Below, in pieces: positions 24,913-40,023 of a stretch of DNA of 64,000 nucleotides. Under the pieces are notes generated by a model. The model ran no database searches. It was not told the DNA's origin and saw only the letters and a list, made by a program, of their open reading frames with translations. How positions within the stretch are numbered: position 1 is the first letter of the stretch; the number at the start of each line of letters is the position of its first letter. Made by a program: the position numbers and the translations under genes. Origin of the DNA: Balanoglossus misakiensis (Eukaryota > Animalia > Hemichordata). The DNA lies in NCBI GenBank assembly GCA_040954595.2, contig CM082584.2, forward strand, positions 5,832,110 through 5,896,109, in the 5' to 3' direction.

Positions 24913-27900
24913 ACTGACAGGTTTGCAACCAGCAATACAAGTTAAAGCCGGAACGATTGGTTTTTGTGTTTGATATATCTTTAATCTCGTGGTTGATTTT
25001 ATTCGAAACGTGTGGGTAACGGTTTTTATTGGAGATCATTAATAGTACATTAGTATGCGTACTAAACTAAACAGGCGCTTTATTTGTTGTGTGTATGACA
25101 CGTGATAATCGTGAGTCCAGACACCACAGCAGTCTTTCTCTCTCTCAATTTTTAAACCGAGACGCGTGGTGGTACCACCAAATTTCCAAACAAAAGCGAT
25201 TTTGAAACCTCAATGTGCCAAATAAACTCTCAATGTCAGACTGAAACGTTTCTCGCGTATCTGATACCTACACGCCGCGGATATAGACGCTACACGTTGC
25301 AGTATTAATCTCTGAGCCCCCCGTTTTTCTTAAACATCTGTGCGAAGCCAAAGGAGACGCCGAAGGCTCTGCTCTCGGAGATCGGACACACTTCACTGCG
25401 CAGAAATCAACACACCATAGGTGGCATGAAACCCGAGTCTCTATTTGAGAACATTTCTTTATTTGAAGTATTCTGATGTTATGGTGGAGTCAATTCTCTA
25501 CAGATTGTCTCTGGTGTTAAAGCAAATACCCGCCATGTGTGTAGGCTGTTCTGCGCAATAGATCGTCACTAGCTACAAAAGCTGTATTTCTTATATCTTT
25601 GTGAGCTCTACAGGTATTGCTAGTGTTAAGTTTACATTTTCTGATCGTTTTTGTGAATTTTGATTGTCTGATAATTTTCTCGTGTCTACAAGGACGATAT
25701 ACGTAATACACGTATTAAAATCGAACTGTATTTTATCTACTTGTAGACACAACTCATATCATGATTCAACGATATCAAATAAAGCCGATACGCATCCACT
25801 TCTACCATACCATTGCACAAGGCAATGCTTAGTCGGAAGACACAGCCGTAAATAACTCACCCACAAAACAAATGCAGACAAAACAAACCAGAAAATATAT
25901 GCAGCTGAGGTGGAAATAGCCACCAGAGTCTAACAATGTATGAATGGAATACAGACGACGAACAAATTATATCCAAAAGAAGTTGAAAAGTTTTTCAAAT
26001 ACATACCTGTGTGCAGACTAACGCACGCACACACATACCCCCCCCACACACACACAGTGTCTCGACAGTGAATCTGAAGTAAATCATAAAATACCTTCGT
26101 GAAAGAATTCATAACATTTTTTTCGATCAGGTCCATGACTAATATTTAAACTTGAATTGGACATTGACTAAGACGGTTTAGGACTCAGTAAGGCCATGCT
26201 GATAACAATAGTCACGATATAAATAATTGGCAATATTACAATGCTATTGTAATGTATGCAATATAAATAACCAACAAGATGTACCGTGGTCAAAAACCGA
26301 GCGCGCACCTTATTCATACTTCGGTTAATTGTAAAGCATCTTGGCGGAATTCAATGGATTTAAAACAGTTGCACGGAGTCGTGAACACTACGTCATCCAA
26401 TTGCCTGTGTCGGCAACTTCTGTTTCTGTAAAAGAAGTCCGACATTTTCAGAACCCGCTCTAATTGCAACGTATTCCCAGGCTCCCCTATCCTGGTATTA
26501 CCACACACAGTGCCCAGTCACTCTATCTGGCCCCCTAGCCACACCTGGGATTCACATGTGCAAATAGTCAGCCATTTTCTGCAATGGTACAACCGATAAA
26601 CAAACCAGCGAAATAAAGCCGAACTCGCCATATGCAGGCCCCGAGTGTGTGAAATGTTACTGATACGACAAGTCTGATCGAGTTTCACGTATTTTGTTTT
26701 CATTGCGCACGCTTAAACCGTATTTATTGGATTTCGGTTTAGATGACGCGTACAAAATCTCTGCGATGGATTCGAGCTGAAACTTGCAGTGTGTTTTATA
26801 GCTACTGGTTGTTTGGGTTGATACCATATTGCCCCATATAATAACAGTGTGTAAACAATTTGTCAAAGAATCCTTTGATGCTGGTACGCCGCAAACAGAG
26901 GCCACATTCACGTATACCTACCATTGACTTTGTAGGGACAAAATAAGATTATTCGTAGGTTACTGGATTGTCTTGTGTCTGCAGCTTTTTATGTTATAAG
27001 CTTTGCTTACAAAGGTATTGGGCAACATTTTAAAATCCTCTGAAACCTCTAATAAAAAGAAACATACAATGCTGGCCTATAATGTGAGAAAATTACCTTT
27101 GTAGAGGGAGACTACAATATTTGCCGCTGTGATGCATTTGACCAACATTGATATCGACTGGCACATATCTCTGGAGCCGGTCCCCACGGCAGTAAACACC
27201 CAAGAAATACATATTGTCGACTCTAGTGGAAATTAATTGAATTGTCTACCGCGGAAAGAGCCAATTAAGGAACGTTACACTGATGGAATTTAGTTTTAAA
27301 AATTCTCAAGGATAAATGCAACAAGTAACAGGTGTGTTTGCTTTGATGATGATGATATGATGATGATGTCTATGACAATGATACAGATATAAATCTCGAC
27401 TTTCCAGAAAAGGTGGACTATTAAGTAAATGTAGTGAGAATATTTCTTCGATTTTAAAAAAAGACGTGTTTCGTATCAGCATCCCTTAACCGTAAATTGA
27501 AACTTTAAGTTTGTTTATATAATACAAACATCCTGCCACAGTCAAGTATCACATATAGAGCCCCTTTCAACATAAATATGTTAAAGTCCCAAATACACCT
27601 ACATGTATGAGCGCTTAAATCGTCATGAATTGTCAATGATTGCACTTAATTGCCTGTCAATGATGGTAATTCATTGCCCATGACAGGCAATAATGTTCAT
27701 CTGGTTACTATAGAAAATAGCTTGGCAGTATGCCTTGACTAACGACATGCTAACAGTCTGTAGCCATAATCATCATTCAAAGTACGGGAATCACCGGGCT
27801 ACGTAACAAATAGAAAAATGAAAATTACATTAGGCCTAGGTCATCTCCATCCATTGCCAGGCAAGTATATACAGGTGTCCGTAATAGGTCGCATGCTACA

Positions 27901-30900
27901 CCTATCAAAATTAATTGTAGTTCGCCCAGCTACGCTGCCAAATTACTTAAAGGCGGATCTTATGTCTCTCATCATTTGAGTAACAGACATGTCACTTTAT
28001 GATACAAATGAAATAGCCAATATGAATAATCGGTCTCTAACGTTTATTCATTTTGGCGAGAGTTTTACTCTCATATCCTACAAACGGGATGTAACTTGTG
28101 TGTGGTCAAACATAAAAGTTTCTCGTATTAAACATACTTAATGGAAAATGGCAGCGATAGAGAGACTTTGTCCCTTTAAGATTAATACCGTGTACCTGTA
28201 GTTCAAATGGTACTGTGTTTCTAACTGTGGAAAAATTGGTATGGTAGCCTGGGCATTATTAGCCAGATCGTTTCTTACCGAAACAAAATTGTCCAGAAAT
28301 TGCTCAACGAAACCAAATAACTAGCTGGGTCCCTGGTCAAACGAGTTCGCCGCAGATATTCTTTTGAACACATACACGCATTTTGGAAAAAAGTATTCCC
28401 TGTGGACTGTAATTTCGACGCATGAGAATTCACGTCCAGGCTGGATGGAATCACACGGACGATTTCTTATCAATTACGCGTTGCGAGTGGCCTGTGGATC
28501 TCGCCCTGAAACCGCGCGTTTCGCAGTCATCCTCTGCCAAAATAAAGTATAAACATGAAATCGAAGTCCTCAGAAGTAGTTTGCCGATAGCATGGACCGG
28601 GACATGGATATCTGACCATCAGATATTCCGTGTATGGCATGAACGAATCCTCCAAGTCGGTGTCTTTGCCAGCGTCTTTCAACTATGCATTATCCCCGTG
28701 TAGAGAGATGAAACGCGAGTCGGAAAAGCGAAGAGAGTGGATGCCATCTGCGTCTGCAGCAGATCTCTATTTATCAACAAGGCCTATTCCTTTGTGTATT
28801 TTTACATAAGCCTTCAATATTGACTTTGCCATCCTAGACCTCAACCTATCCGGGCAACTAAGCTTCGCTGAGAATACTTGCTTCTTCGATGTTGGGGCGA
28901 CCTTAGTTTCTCTACACGCAGAAAAGAAGCTGATAATCGTTGACTGAAATTCGGGTTGGGCGGAGATTTAAGCTAACTTTGTAAACGCACAACTAGACAG
29001 ACTAGGGGTTGAAACGCCGTACATGCCGAATATTATAGCATGTCTTTGATCCTGTACCATATTCGTTAGAAGTTTTTTGGATAAAAAAGTTCGAAATATA
29101 CTAAACAATGCGCTAATGTGCAAAACGAAGAAACAGTAACTGCATCATGTGGATATGTCAACATGTGCTTTTAGAAGGGCAATCAAGATTTTAGCCAATG
29201 TGTATCTTGAAATAAGTGTCAGCACAACTCAAACTATTGAACTTGTCTGCTCTCATGAGACCTTGAAGCAAGCGTCTATGCCAGACTCTTCAACCTCTAA
29301 GCTCACTTTCCATGGGTTGAAGATGAATTTATGTTCGACATTAGTGTCGTGCTCTGAAGCTTGAAAACTGAATAGGCAGGTAAATATGACACGTAGGTTT
29401 TTACCACGGTAGTAATAATACATGTAACCTGTCATCTTTATTTTCATCAGCACAGCTAGTGCCTGGCCAGGGTTTTACTTTAAATTCAGAGAAGAAATGC
29501 GAACATTAAGATTTCGCTTTTCCTTCAATTTTGTCGCCAACTCCGCGACGACCATCCCAGAATGCTCTGCGGGCGAGTAGTCACATAGCAATGTCACTGA
29601 ACACAATATCATAGGAATTGGGATTTTTTTCTACAAGTTAGCACTACCAGCATACAAACTCTAGTCACAGACTATTCGCTGATAGTATCAGATAATCTAT
29701 ATTTCTATAGATCCCTCTATTGCTGAAATGAAGTGTATTAAAGCGAGTAATGACGGGAAGTCCTGTTTCATGTCCGTTGTCTCCGGGGTTGGCACTGTTC
29801 ATGTTTTCGGACATTCAATACTTTATAATATATTCCTTGACGGCGGGAGTGAGCCGCTTGTTTCCCCTTCACGCTGCACACATTGCACCGCACGCTAATT
29901 GAATTCTGTATTACATTGGTTTGCCCCGATATCGTTTTACGCCTTGCGATGCACTAGTGCACGCACCAAATTTAGAACAGGTTGTTTTCATTTTTTATGT
30001 TAATTTCTGGAAAATGCATGCAGCGTTAAACGATCTGGATGCAGGATCTTATCCGTTACTTTGAGACTGACGCTAGGAATGCAATTTCAGTTTTGCCCTT
30101 GAATGCTGCTCTCTGAGTTTGAACCAGCGTTCTATACCAGATCCAACTGGAATACGCGTTGCTCATCTCTTCGACCTTGTCATAAAATCCCATTAAAGAT
30201 TTCAATGTTTATTACAACAAATTAAAAATATATTCGGTATATATACATTGCCTTATGAAACGCCACTTATAGAAGTTGCATTCTGCCTCTGCGTGTACAG
30301 CAGAGATAGGGCGTCAGCGGGCTTGAAACCATGGTAACCACCCAGGGAAGTATTCCATTTCCGGTGTGTGACCAGACCTATTCACGGGCGGTCCCGGGCC
30401 TGACCTGACTGGGACGATGGTAGTGCTTTTCATCTGTCTATCAAGAGGCAGCGATGCTCTCATATGCACTTGGCCGGTTTTGAAACGCCGGGTGAAGGTA
30501 GCCTTTTTTGCTGGGCTTACACTGTGTAAGCCCAGAGAAAATACACGCCAGTCGGGATTCTAGACTAGGGTTAAGTTATCGTGTCTGTATAGCAAGTCGT
30601 TGAATAGTTAACGGAGGTGAACCGCATACCTTGATCTAAACTACAATTATCGAACAACCCCATCTTCAACAAATCGCTGAAGGTGACGTCAATTGAATCT
30701 ATGAATAGAAAAAAGGGTAAAAGTATATAACAATATTGTAAATAAAGAATACACTTGACCAAATTGCATTCTAATATGCATGTTTACTTCCACAGTGCAC
30801 CAGTCTACCGCCGATGAAATGTTGAGCGGGAAGTTTGGAATTCATGATATTCAGTTACACCACCGAAGTGAAGATATTTATTGCTCGGCGCTTACCACTG

Positions 30901-33900
30901 TCGATGAGAGGCGTTTATGTTAAACACAAACACTGACCAGATGGACAACAGTGCCAATAAAATGATTGTTTTCACCCAGTACATATCAACATTGCATTCA
31001 GCTAAGTTCCACATTATTTCAAGTTTGGGATCAGCCAGGCAAGTGATGCAAAGCTTTCTTCTGGTCATTCGTTTTAAAACACCGATGCGTGCGGACGATA
31101 CAAATTCCAAGGTATTTCCTACTTCACTTACATTTTTTCGGGTTATCTTTCTGTTTTTCATTACCTCAGACTTGATTTTTAATTTATCCCATCGTTTTTC
31201 ACTAATACTGTCGGAATCATGATAAATTTTGTGTACGATCGACTGCATACATGTATACCTGTATCTGAATTCGATCCAATGTGCGACGAAAACTTTCTGT
31301 CGAATTCGCGCATATTTTAGTGCTAATCTCAAAGATGAACCCAAATATTTGGCAAAACTATGCATAACAAAATATAAAAGCATCGGGCAAAGAACTTGAA
31401 AAGTTGCACGCGTTGTCGATATTACATATCACGTGACCTTCATCGAGAAAAACACTTTCCGCAAAAGCTGCGCCACATTTTTTTCTGCTTTCCAACTAAG
31501 AACGTATATCTAGTCAAGTAATAGGGCGAGTAGTTCAAGTAACAGCCATTACCCGATAACACAGCCCTATATTTATACACTTTACGCCGGGGGTGGCGAA
31601 CGTGAACAAATATGCGCCTTTGCATTGGGTGGAAAATGCTTTTTGGGTCAGACCTATCATCTTCAGAGAGAATCCCAGCCCGCGGCGTCAGGCATGTAAA
31701 CTGCATGATGTGAGACGCGGTCTTAGATAGCCGATTGTATACCACCAATTACATCGGCGTTATAATTTTAAACGCGATCTTGCCAATATTATCTGCCTCT
31801 TCTGGCGGTATCCAGCTGTAATTGAATTCAAGGGGCTTTGGGACAGCTGCAGTCGGGTTAAAATTACAGATCAAAATTGAAAAGTCAATGAAGATATCAA
31901 AGTAAGGTTTTTGCTTATATTCACTACTGGGATGCAATGGACATAGATAAGGTATTAGTAGCTATACTATTTCAACAAACACCAAGATGTCCGTTTGCAA
32001 TTGATAGGGCTAACGTAACAAACTTCGACAGAATCATTTGTGATAAGGCCACATCTACAGTGTATATTTGAGGTCTGGTCAACTCTTGAGATCAGTTATA
32101 TATGCCATGTTTCGAAATCGCGCTCGATTTGAGATACGTTCGTTTTTTTTTACATGTAATTGCTTCGTTTTTTTATAATATAATTATTTCGTAATTTACG
32201 TATTATGACACCGTTTCATCATATTGGAATCATTTTCAATGTGCACCCACAATTAGAGATTGATAGCACGTTTGTGTAAACCCGTTAGTAAGACCAATTT
32301 AACTTGAAGTTTGAAAGTAAAACCATACAAATAATGTCGGGACGTGTAAACTGTTTTTTCTGCTATTTAACACACATGTAGTTCAATTTAATCATAATAC
32401 TTATTCTTATAACTTTTAACCAATACGCGTTATCGTTCTACTTGACTTTATTCAAATATGATTCTTCCGTATTTCTTGACAAACGTTTCATGGTGTAAAA
32501 CATGTACACACTCAAAATATTTTCAAATAGATACAATAATATATCAAACATACGCTAGTTTAATCTCACGATATGACTGTGCATTGTGATGCCACTGGCT
32601 TAAGCATATGATCCGTTGGAAGAGAGTGTTTCCCAAAAGTATTGCTCATGCAAAAAATACCGTAAATCATTGAAGTTCAAATATCAACTCGTTTATTTCC
32701 TATTTCCCTTCTTGACCACACTTTATCCGAATACTTGAACATGTGACCATAGCATCACCATTGGAACACCACCATGATGTGTCAATCACGGCCAGAAATC
32801 CAATTAAAACTTTAATTGATAGCAGTGTTTCTTTACCATGATAGTTTTAATTACATACTGCTAGGGTTTCTCTCGGAGTTCAATTGGGGTAAGCCGAGTG
32901 CTACCTTCATATGTCCCTATTAGCAGCTGTTCAACTTATCACATACTTGCAGACCCCTCGTCACGAGAATCTTTCTAATATTTCACGGAATGAAAATGGC
33001 TTTCAGATAGAGGGATTTTTTGAGCCTCGGAGATTTAATCGAAATCTAATCACGCGAGGTGAACCGTACTTCTTTCATGACGAGCGCCTTCTAATTGAGG
33101 AGCTGAAGGAATCATATCTTATGGATCATAACTCCGATATGGTTTTGATGAAGAAGGCAATTAAGGCCACCGTACATTTGTGATATCGAATTTTCCTGGC
33201 CAATAACGGGTGTCTTGAGTAGCAGCATAACGACTCGGAAAGTCCGGTGCAAGCAAAGTAAGCCGAAGGAGGAGGGATGAAGAAAATGTATGAGAAAAAG
33301 TAACGTGCGAAATGATAAGTTTAAAAGTACAATCAAAGTAACAGCAGTTATAGTTTTGCTTTATGATGACATCATAGCAGGGAGCAACGCAGTGCGCTCT
33401 GAACTTTTTTCGCAATATTGTATACATACTTCCTGTGTAGTTGATAAACAGAATAGATATGATTGTCGGAATATTACAAAACACCAATATCCTCAGATGG
33501 AGACGTCACCGGACTCTCTGAGTATTGCTTTGACACGGCCAACTAGCTGACAATGGATCGGCCGTTTCGAAAGATTCGACGGCGCGTACGTGTTATATGT
33601 CGCATATTTTGACAGAGCAAGTCCCGCCACCGCGGAGTGTCTAACTGGCGTCTCGGAGCGGGCGTGTACGTGCGTGTAAGACTAGACGAAACTAATTTGA
33701 AAATTTACCGTGGCCCATCGTATGGGATTTCCGAGTCGGTTTAATGCTCGGTGAAGACGGCAAAATATAAGACAAACTTTCATTTGGATAGCTCTCTGAT
33801 CGAATGTCTGGATTGCCCAGCCTACACGAAAGCAAGATGCTGTGAATTAGTGTATGGGGATACAGATCTGTGACGGGCAATGGCGGTATATAATATAATG

Positions 33901-36900
33901 CAGGCTTGTGACAACACTTGCAGTATCAAACCTGGTAATAACAAGCCAGAAACGGGGATTTCCACCCAAGCCCTGCTTCTGAACTATGTCGTCCACAAAA
34001 CACACGAAAAAAGCACGGGCCGGCCCAGCTGTTCTACCCAGTGACGTTTCTCTTATCGTCAATCTTGAGGTTGATGATTATCGGTGCACCTTTGTGTTGA
34101 CTTGCTGGCATGTGGTACCAGCAGACATGGTGTTCCTATCACACTTTCTCCACTTCAATTATTTCTGCGCCGATATTGTTACAATCCTATCTGGTATCGT
34201 TTACTATTTGCGTGTTTTGCGCATCGGAGGGCCGATTTCAATCCCCTCAGTATTTCAAACACGCCGTCGCACTTCATATTCTGCATATCGGATTTAAGCC
34301 ATGCATAACTCTTTCCAGATTTGTCCGACGTCCGATCTCACACAGTTCAGACTTCAAGCGGTTCTTACCTTGGATCACCACTTTCCTTGACATGGCTTTT
34401 AAGAAAAATGTCGATCAACTTAAAGGCGCACCATCTTTATCAGCTTTATCTTTAGCAAGTGATTTAACTTGATGCATATTTCAATGATAAACGAAGGCTT
34501 TCCATCTTATAAACAGTCAATGCCAACAAGAACTCATGCGAGAACCAGGAATCGAAAATTTCCCCTTTAAACCTAAACCAATCACCCAAACCCACCCTAT
34601 TTATGGAATTACGCATGCGTATAAACCATTTGAAATCGCAAATCCCCGCAATTGAATTAAATATCAAAAGTGACTTAATGCTACATTGTTTACTGCGGCC
34701 TTACTCGGCTAACATTCAAATCCACTTTTAACACTGGACTGTACAGTTCATTTTGATTTCCAGACCAGAACAAGCTCTTCAGAAACAGACTTTCAACGGC
34801 CAGTTACTTTACCAGTAGTTTCTGAGTGATCCGTCTCCAGCCGGCGTAAGCGCACATCAAAAAAGCGATAATTGTGATGAATAAATAAACAGCCATATTG
34901 TTTTGAGTTTATGTTACACAAACCCGTGATCCGCAGCGTTGCCGGCCTCTCATTGGATATTGAATGATCGCTTATTTAAATGAGATCAAACTTCTGGTCG
35001 GGGGGCATAAAACGGTTCGTGGCTGGCTTTCGAGTAAATGCCGTTAGTTTGTCGAGTGATGACGAATTTGGATGACGCGTGCCTGCATGTGTAGCATCTG
35101 AAGATAAAAAGTGATTGTCAACACAGAGGCACGAGACAAGCGGGAATTTACGAGGTTGGTGTCGGTAATTACCTTGACGTTTCAATTATGTGCGCTCTCT
35201 TCTTAGCGACAGAACAGGGTAGTTAGCTGCATGGTGAATTAACGCAGACTTTCTACACATTTCAGCCTATACTGCTCACCACTTCGAATTCACAATTTTT
35301 GGGGTAAAGGGGTGGGGGTGGAACGAAGAATGTTTTTAATAAGTGTTCACGTCATTATTTGCCAATGAAGCAGACACATTAATTTGAGTCATTGGAATAT
35401 GAAGTACAGGGTGTAGAGCGATCCTGATATTATCAATATGCGATAAAAGGGTATATTTTAAAGGCATTATTGAAGCACTGATATAAAAACTAAGACTGTG
35501 ATATCGGATATTGCGGTTGGCTAAAGAATGCATTTACATCCGTCGGCGGCAACCGGGCTTTTGGGAAGGTCAGCGTGAATTTCGCCACTTCCCAGGGACA
35601 CGGCCTGAATTTCAGACAAGACCGAGATAAAGGTCCCGACTTCAAAAATCGAACAGATTTGCAGCCGATATCTATGCTTTAGTAGTGTCTATGATGTCAT
35701 CTCAAATGAAAGTCTTATACTTTTGATTGAAAAGTGGCTATCCTGACGATTTGAGAAAATGACCAGTATCATTTTGATCCATCCAATTTACCGTCGTGCT
35801 CTGGTCGGTGCAATACTTATTATAGGCGCCACCCGTCGACATGACTGACCAACACGCCTGTGTATGGAACGCTTCGTTTACTAGACACCAATTGTGCGTG
35901 CGTGTATCCACAGTTCATTGCTAATCTCTTGTCCAAGCAGCAATGCCCAAAATAGCCGCCGGCTTCGAAGTAAGTTGTCGGCCTCTATTAATCCAAATTA
36001 TTTACAAGATATTTTCCTGATTTTGGATTCTGAATGTCTACTGAACTCGGTGAACGAGTTTGATATCCATGCCGAAAACGTTTCCGCTAGTTCCAACTCC
36101 ATTCGTGCGCATTACATTTTGAGTTTTCCATGTGAAGAATCACTTAAAATGTTTCCTTCTACTTTTCAGACTCCAACATACCCTGGAGGTGGCGTAAGTC
36201 CGATGCGTGCCTCCCACAGCTACTGAAAAATCCCCCGAGCACTTTTGTAATTGTGAATTTCGTGACAGAAATATCATATTTAAGATACTTGGTCAGCGTA
36301 GAATCGGCCAGATTCCTAGCGCGTTTGTCCTTCTCCCTGTCAGCAATCGTAACTGTTTTCACTCAAGTCGATACCAGCGTACGAGACTTATACTAGTGTC
36401 CTGTGCTACAAAGGCGAGCGTGTTCTTCTCAGACCGCGGTATCGCACTCATAAACACAAGATACGAGAAAGTGGATGATTTTCACAGATTTTTCCTTCTG
36501 TCTATTTCGTTTCAGTTATAAGAAAGCGAGAAGAGACGGGACTGACAGTTGTACAACGAATGCGAAATCCGCTGATCTTTTGATCACGAGTCAAATGTTA
36601 CATGCGAAAACTGCGTTGACGCCGAGACATGTGACAGAGTGTTGAGAGCATTGCAACTCAATAAAAACATCCTAGAGTCACAGCTCGAGGTGAACGAACA
36701 CGCAGACCCCAGCACGGCAAGGTTTGTCTGCTTTACCCCAAAGAGACTTTTCCCGATGAAAGCGTAGCCGGGACACCGACTGTGACCCGCTCAGTTCAGA
36801 GTTGCCCGCACAGACCAACTCACTTGTCCGCACTGTTGACACGTTCAAGTAGCAGACACGCGCTTGGTTTAATCACTGGTCGGTCCGTCGCAGAAAGACT

Positions 36901-39900
36901 ATGGCTACTGAGATCACCAAAACAACCGAAATGCTGAAAAGTTCTTCAGTGGTCAAAAAGGGCAGCGCTCTCCCTGGCCTGGCTCGGGAGGGTTCGAACA
37001 AGCCCGGCTCGGGGCATCGGCGACTTCTACGGACGCCGAAGTGTGCCCGCTGCCGGAACCACGGCGTCGTGTCGTGTCTGAAAGGCCACAAACGCTACTG
37101 TCGTTGGCGCGACTGCCAGTGTGCCAACTGCCTGCTTGTGGTGGAACGGCAGAGAGTCATGGCTGCCCAAGTGGCTCTGCGAAGACAGCAAGCCACGGAC
37201 GTGAACAAGGGAAGCAAAAGCAAGACAACCAAGCAGACTCCGAGACGTATCTACCAGCGTTTCAAGGCACAGAATACAGCAAACGCAAAGGAAATATTAG
37301 AAGGTAAGAAAAAGGATGACCTTTCTCATTGCACATACACAGTTTATTCTGTTTTAAAAAGTAAGTTGATGAAGTTGCTCGTTTAGACATTTCGGTGATA
37401 CAAGCTGCACCTCAGAATTATCAGTTGACTGGTATCGGCTGCATCTCTGACCAATCGGTCCAAAGTCGGCTGGTACGAGAGGCATGGGAAATGGTATGGT
37501 GGCGTCACAACTTGTACATCTTGAACTTGCATTTGGCGAATTTATTCATACAAGCAGGTGACATCATTGCTGTTTGTCTTTTCACTGCAAGGATGGTTCT
37601 CAAATCTCGTTTGTCTGGCCTGAAAGCAGTTTCTGTTTTTGGATTGACGATCAACAGCTCACATTTCCGTTTTGTGTTATAGTTCATACAAATCATATAA
37701 AGTTAGCAAATCAACTTTATCTATGGCTGCAACTTGATTTATGCCAACAAAATGTAAATAATACGAAGTGAATTTGCTGAATTGCTGTAAATATGCGAGT
37801 TTAGTTTGCCCCAGTCGTGATAATGATTGTTGTATCATGAGACCTTCAAGGGCAATACTACATTCAATTTGATTGTCAAACCACGGAAACCCCTAACTAT
37901 TACACAGTTGTCAACAAGTCCTTGCTCTTTAGTTAGTGTCTTTTCAAAATCACAATCAAAACGCCCGTCTTGAGGTTAGGTCTCGTGATGCAGTTAAGGA
38001 GGAGTTAAGCATCACGGAGGCGTTTTAACTTTCCAAATGTCAGGCAAATATTTCCGTCAGCCTGCAATACCTAGATATTATTTCCCTTCTAGATTCTAAA
38101 ACGTATATTTCGGTCTCCTCTGACGAGCATGGGCCCGTCTAATGAGCAGCATAACACGGCGATCGCGTTATTCAACGTTGAAAACCAATCTGACTTTAGA
38201 CACATACGTGTCAATTTAATACATCCGAAATAAGACAAAGGTGGCGAAGTGTCGCTTCGGGTGGGTTAGCTACACCAACTCGGGATCCATCGAAGTCATT
38301 AAAATCAATTGGCCTCCCTTAATAGACGGCTCCACTCGGAGCTGACACGTGCTCCTTACAGACCCCGAGAGTTGCCACTTAAAATGGCTTACTTTCCCAC
38401 GATTTTTAATCGCTGGCGAAGTTTAATTGTCCGCGGGGTTTTAGCTCTGTAATGCCACATCTCTAATTCCATCCGTTACTAAGAGATTATCAGATAATAC
38501 CAGGGATAGTGCCAAAGCAACTGGATGACTACCTGTCTGATAGTCAGAGATTATCTGCTCTTTATCAGAAAATAGTCCATGCACTCCTGATCTCTCCCGA
38601 TTCGCCTATATCATATCCATGATGTAAGAAATAATACATTATTAAGCATCCATGGCACCGTTTTGATATCGCTATGACAATTCGGAAAACTGTTTAAATG
38701 CTTCTCAAAGTACATTGATATTTGTTGTAGTTGAGAAATCTTTTGGCGTGTGCCACGAAATCGTTAATCCGAATTTAGTGTAAGCCTAAATATACAAATA
38801 CTTGGTTTATATTCCCCAAAGTAGGCGATGAAACGTAAGGTCTGGCACTTGCGTTTGATATAAATTGAAGTTTCTCGTTAACTTATGTCACACATTCTAC
38901 ATTTTACAGTTTGATCGTCTCTAAAACCAAACTGCGAAATGATTTATCCAAAGACAGCATTGCCCAGACTACAGAAGACGTGCATGGGTTGCGGTAATAC
39001 TTCACGTATATTTTGCGGTTACTATCTTCGAAACACCTGGTTACATTTCTTGGTCTTTTGGCCGGCGGTCCAATGTCTTTCTTTCACGGATTTGATTTTG
39101 TTCTGTATGCTTTGTCGGTTGTCTGTGCTTTGCTGTATTGTTTGTGTTTGTCTTTTTGCAACTGAAAATATAAATGCTATATTTGACATAGGAATTTCTG
39201 GGATGTACATGGGTATGATTGCAATAATTTTGATATTTTACCATGGTGATACATGCATGCAAGGTATGCATTGATTAACGCAGTATTGTGTAAGCGATGA
39301 CGAGACAAGTCGTTTCACTATACAGTTATTTTTCATTGAAAAGTGGACTGACCATGAAAATCGCAAAAACAATGTTTGCGTTTCGTTCGGACTGGTGTCA
39401 AGGATGCCATCTGGCTTTGAACTAAAATTGAGAAAATATATCAAGGCGAGTTCTTTGCAATTGTCTGTTGCTAATAAACTCTCTTGGGTAGTGTCGTGGA
39501 GGCTGTGTGACTACAATAACAAATTGAAAGTTTCGAGTTGAAGAAATCTGTTGTGTGATCATACAACACTAATTTGCCAATCAACGTGGATCGAGGTCAA
39601 ACTTTTTCTCTGAAACTAACCAGATTAGTCTAACGATCGACGGTCATGGCTACAGGTTGTCCAAACAACTGAATGAGTTGGAAAACGGAAACATATGGTG
39701 GAAAAGCAAGATTTGGTGTTGTTAAAATCTCGCCTGCTTGTGCAGTTATCAAAGTTTATTATTAGGTTTAAGATATCATATTTAAAAAGTCTTTTTGCTT
39801 TCTGAGTACATTACGTCTTTCTAGAAACCCACTTTTGTCAACTTCTCATTTCTTTTTTGAATTCTATCATCATCATCATCATCATCATCATGATCATCAT

Positions 39901-39952
39901 CATCATCATGATCATCATCATCATCATGATCATCATCATCATCATGATCATG

Positions 39953-40023
<71 letters not shown>

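Noticed and set aside
28250-36521. Short ORFs in the region upstream of Dmrt2 (e.g. 28364-28703, 30892-31383, 32911-33183, 35894-36226)
   Set aside because: No recognisable domains and no consistent exon chain; they could be decayed transposon fragments, but I cannot support that.
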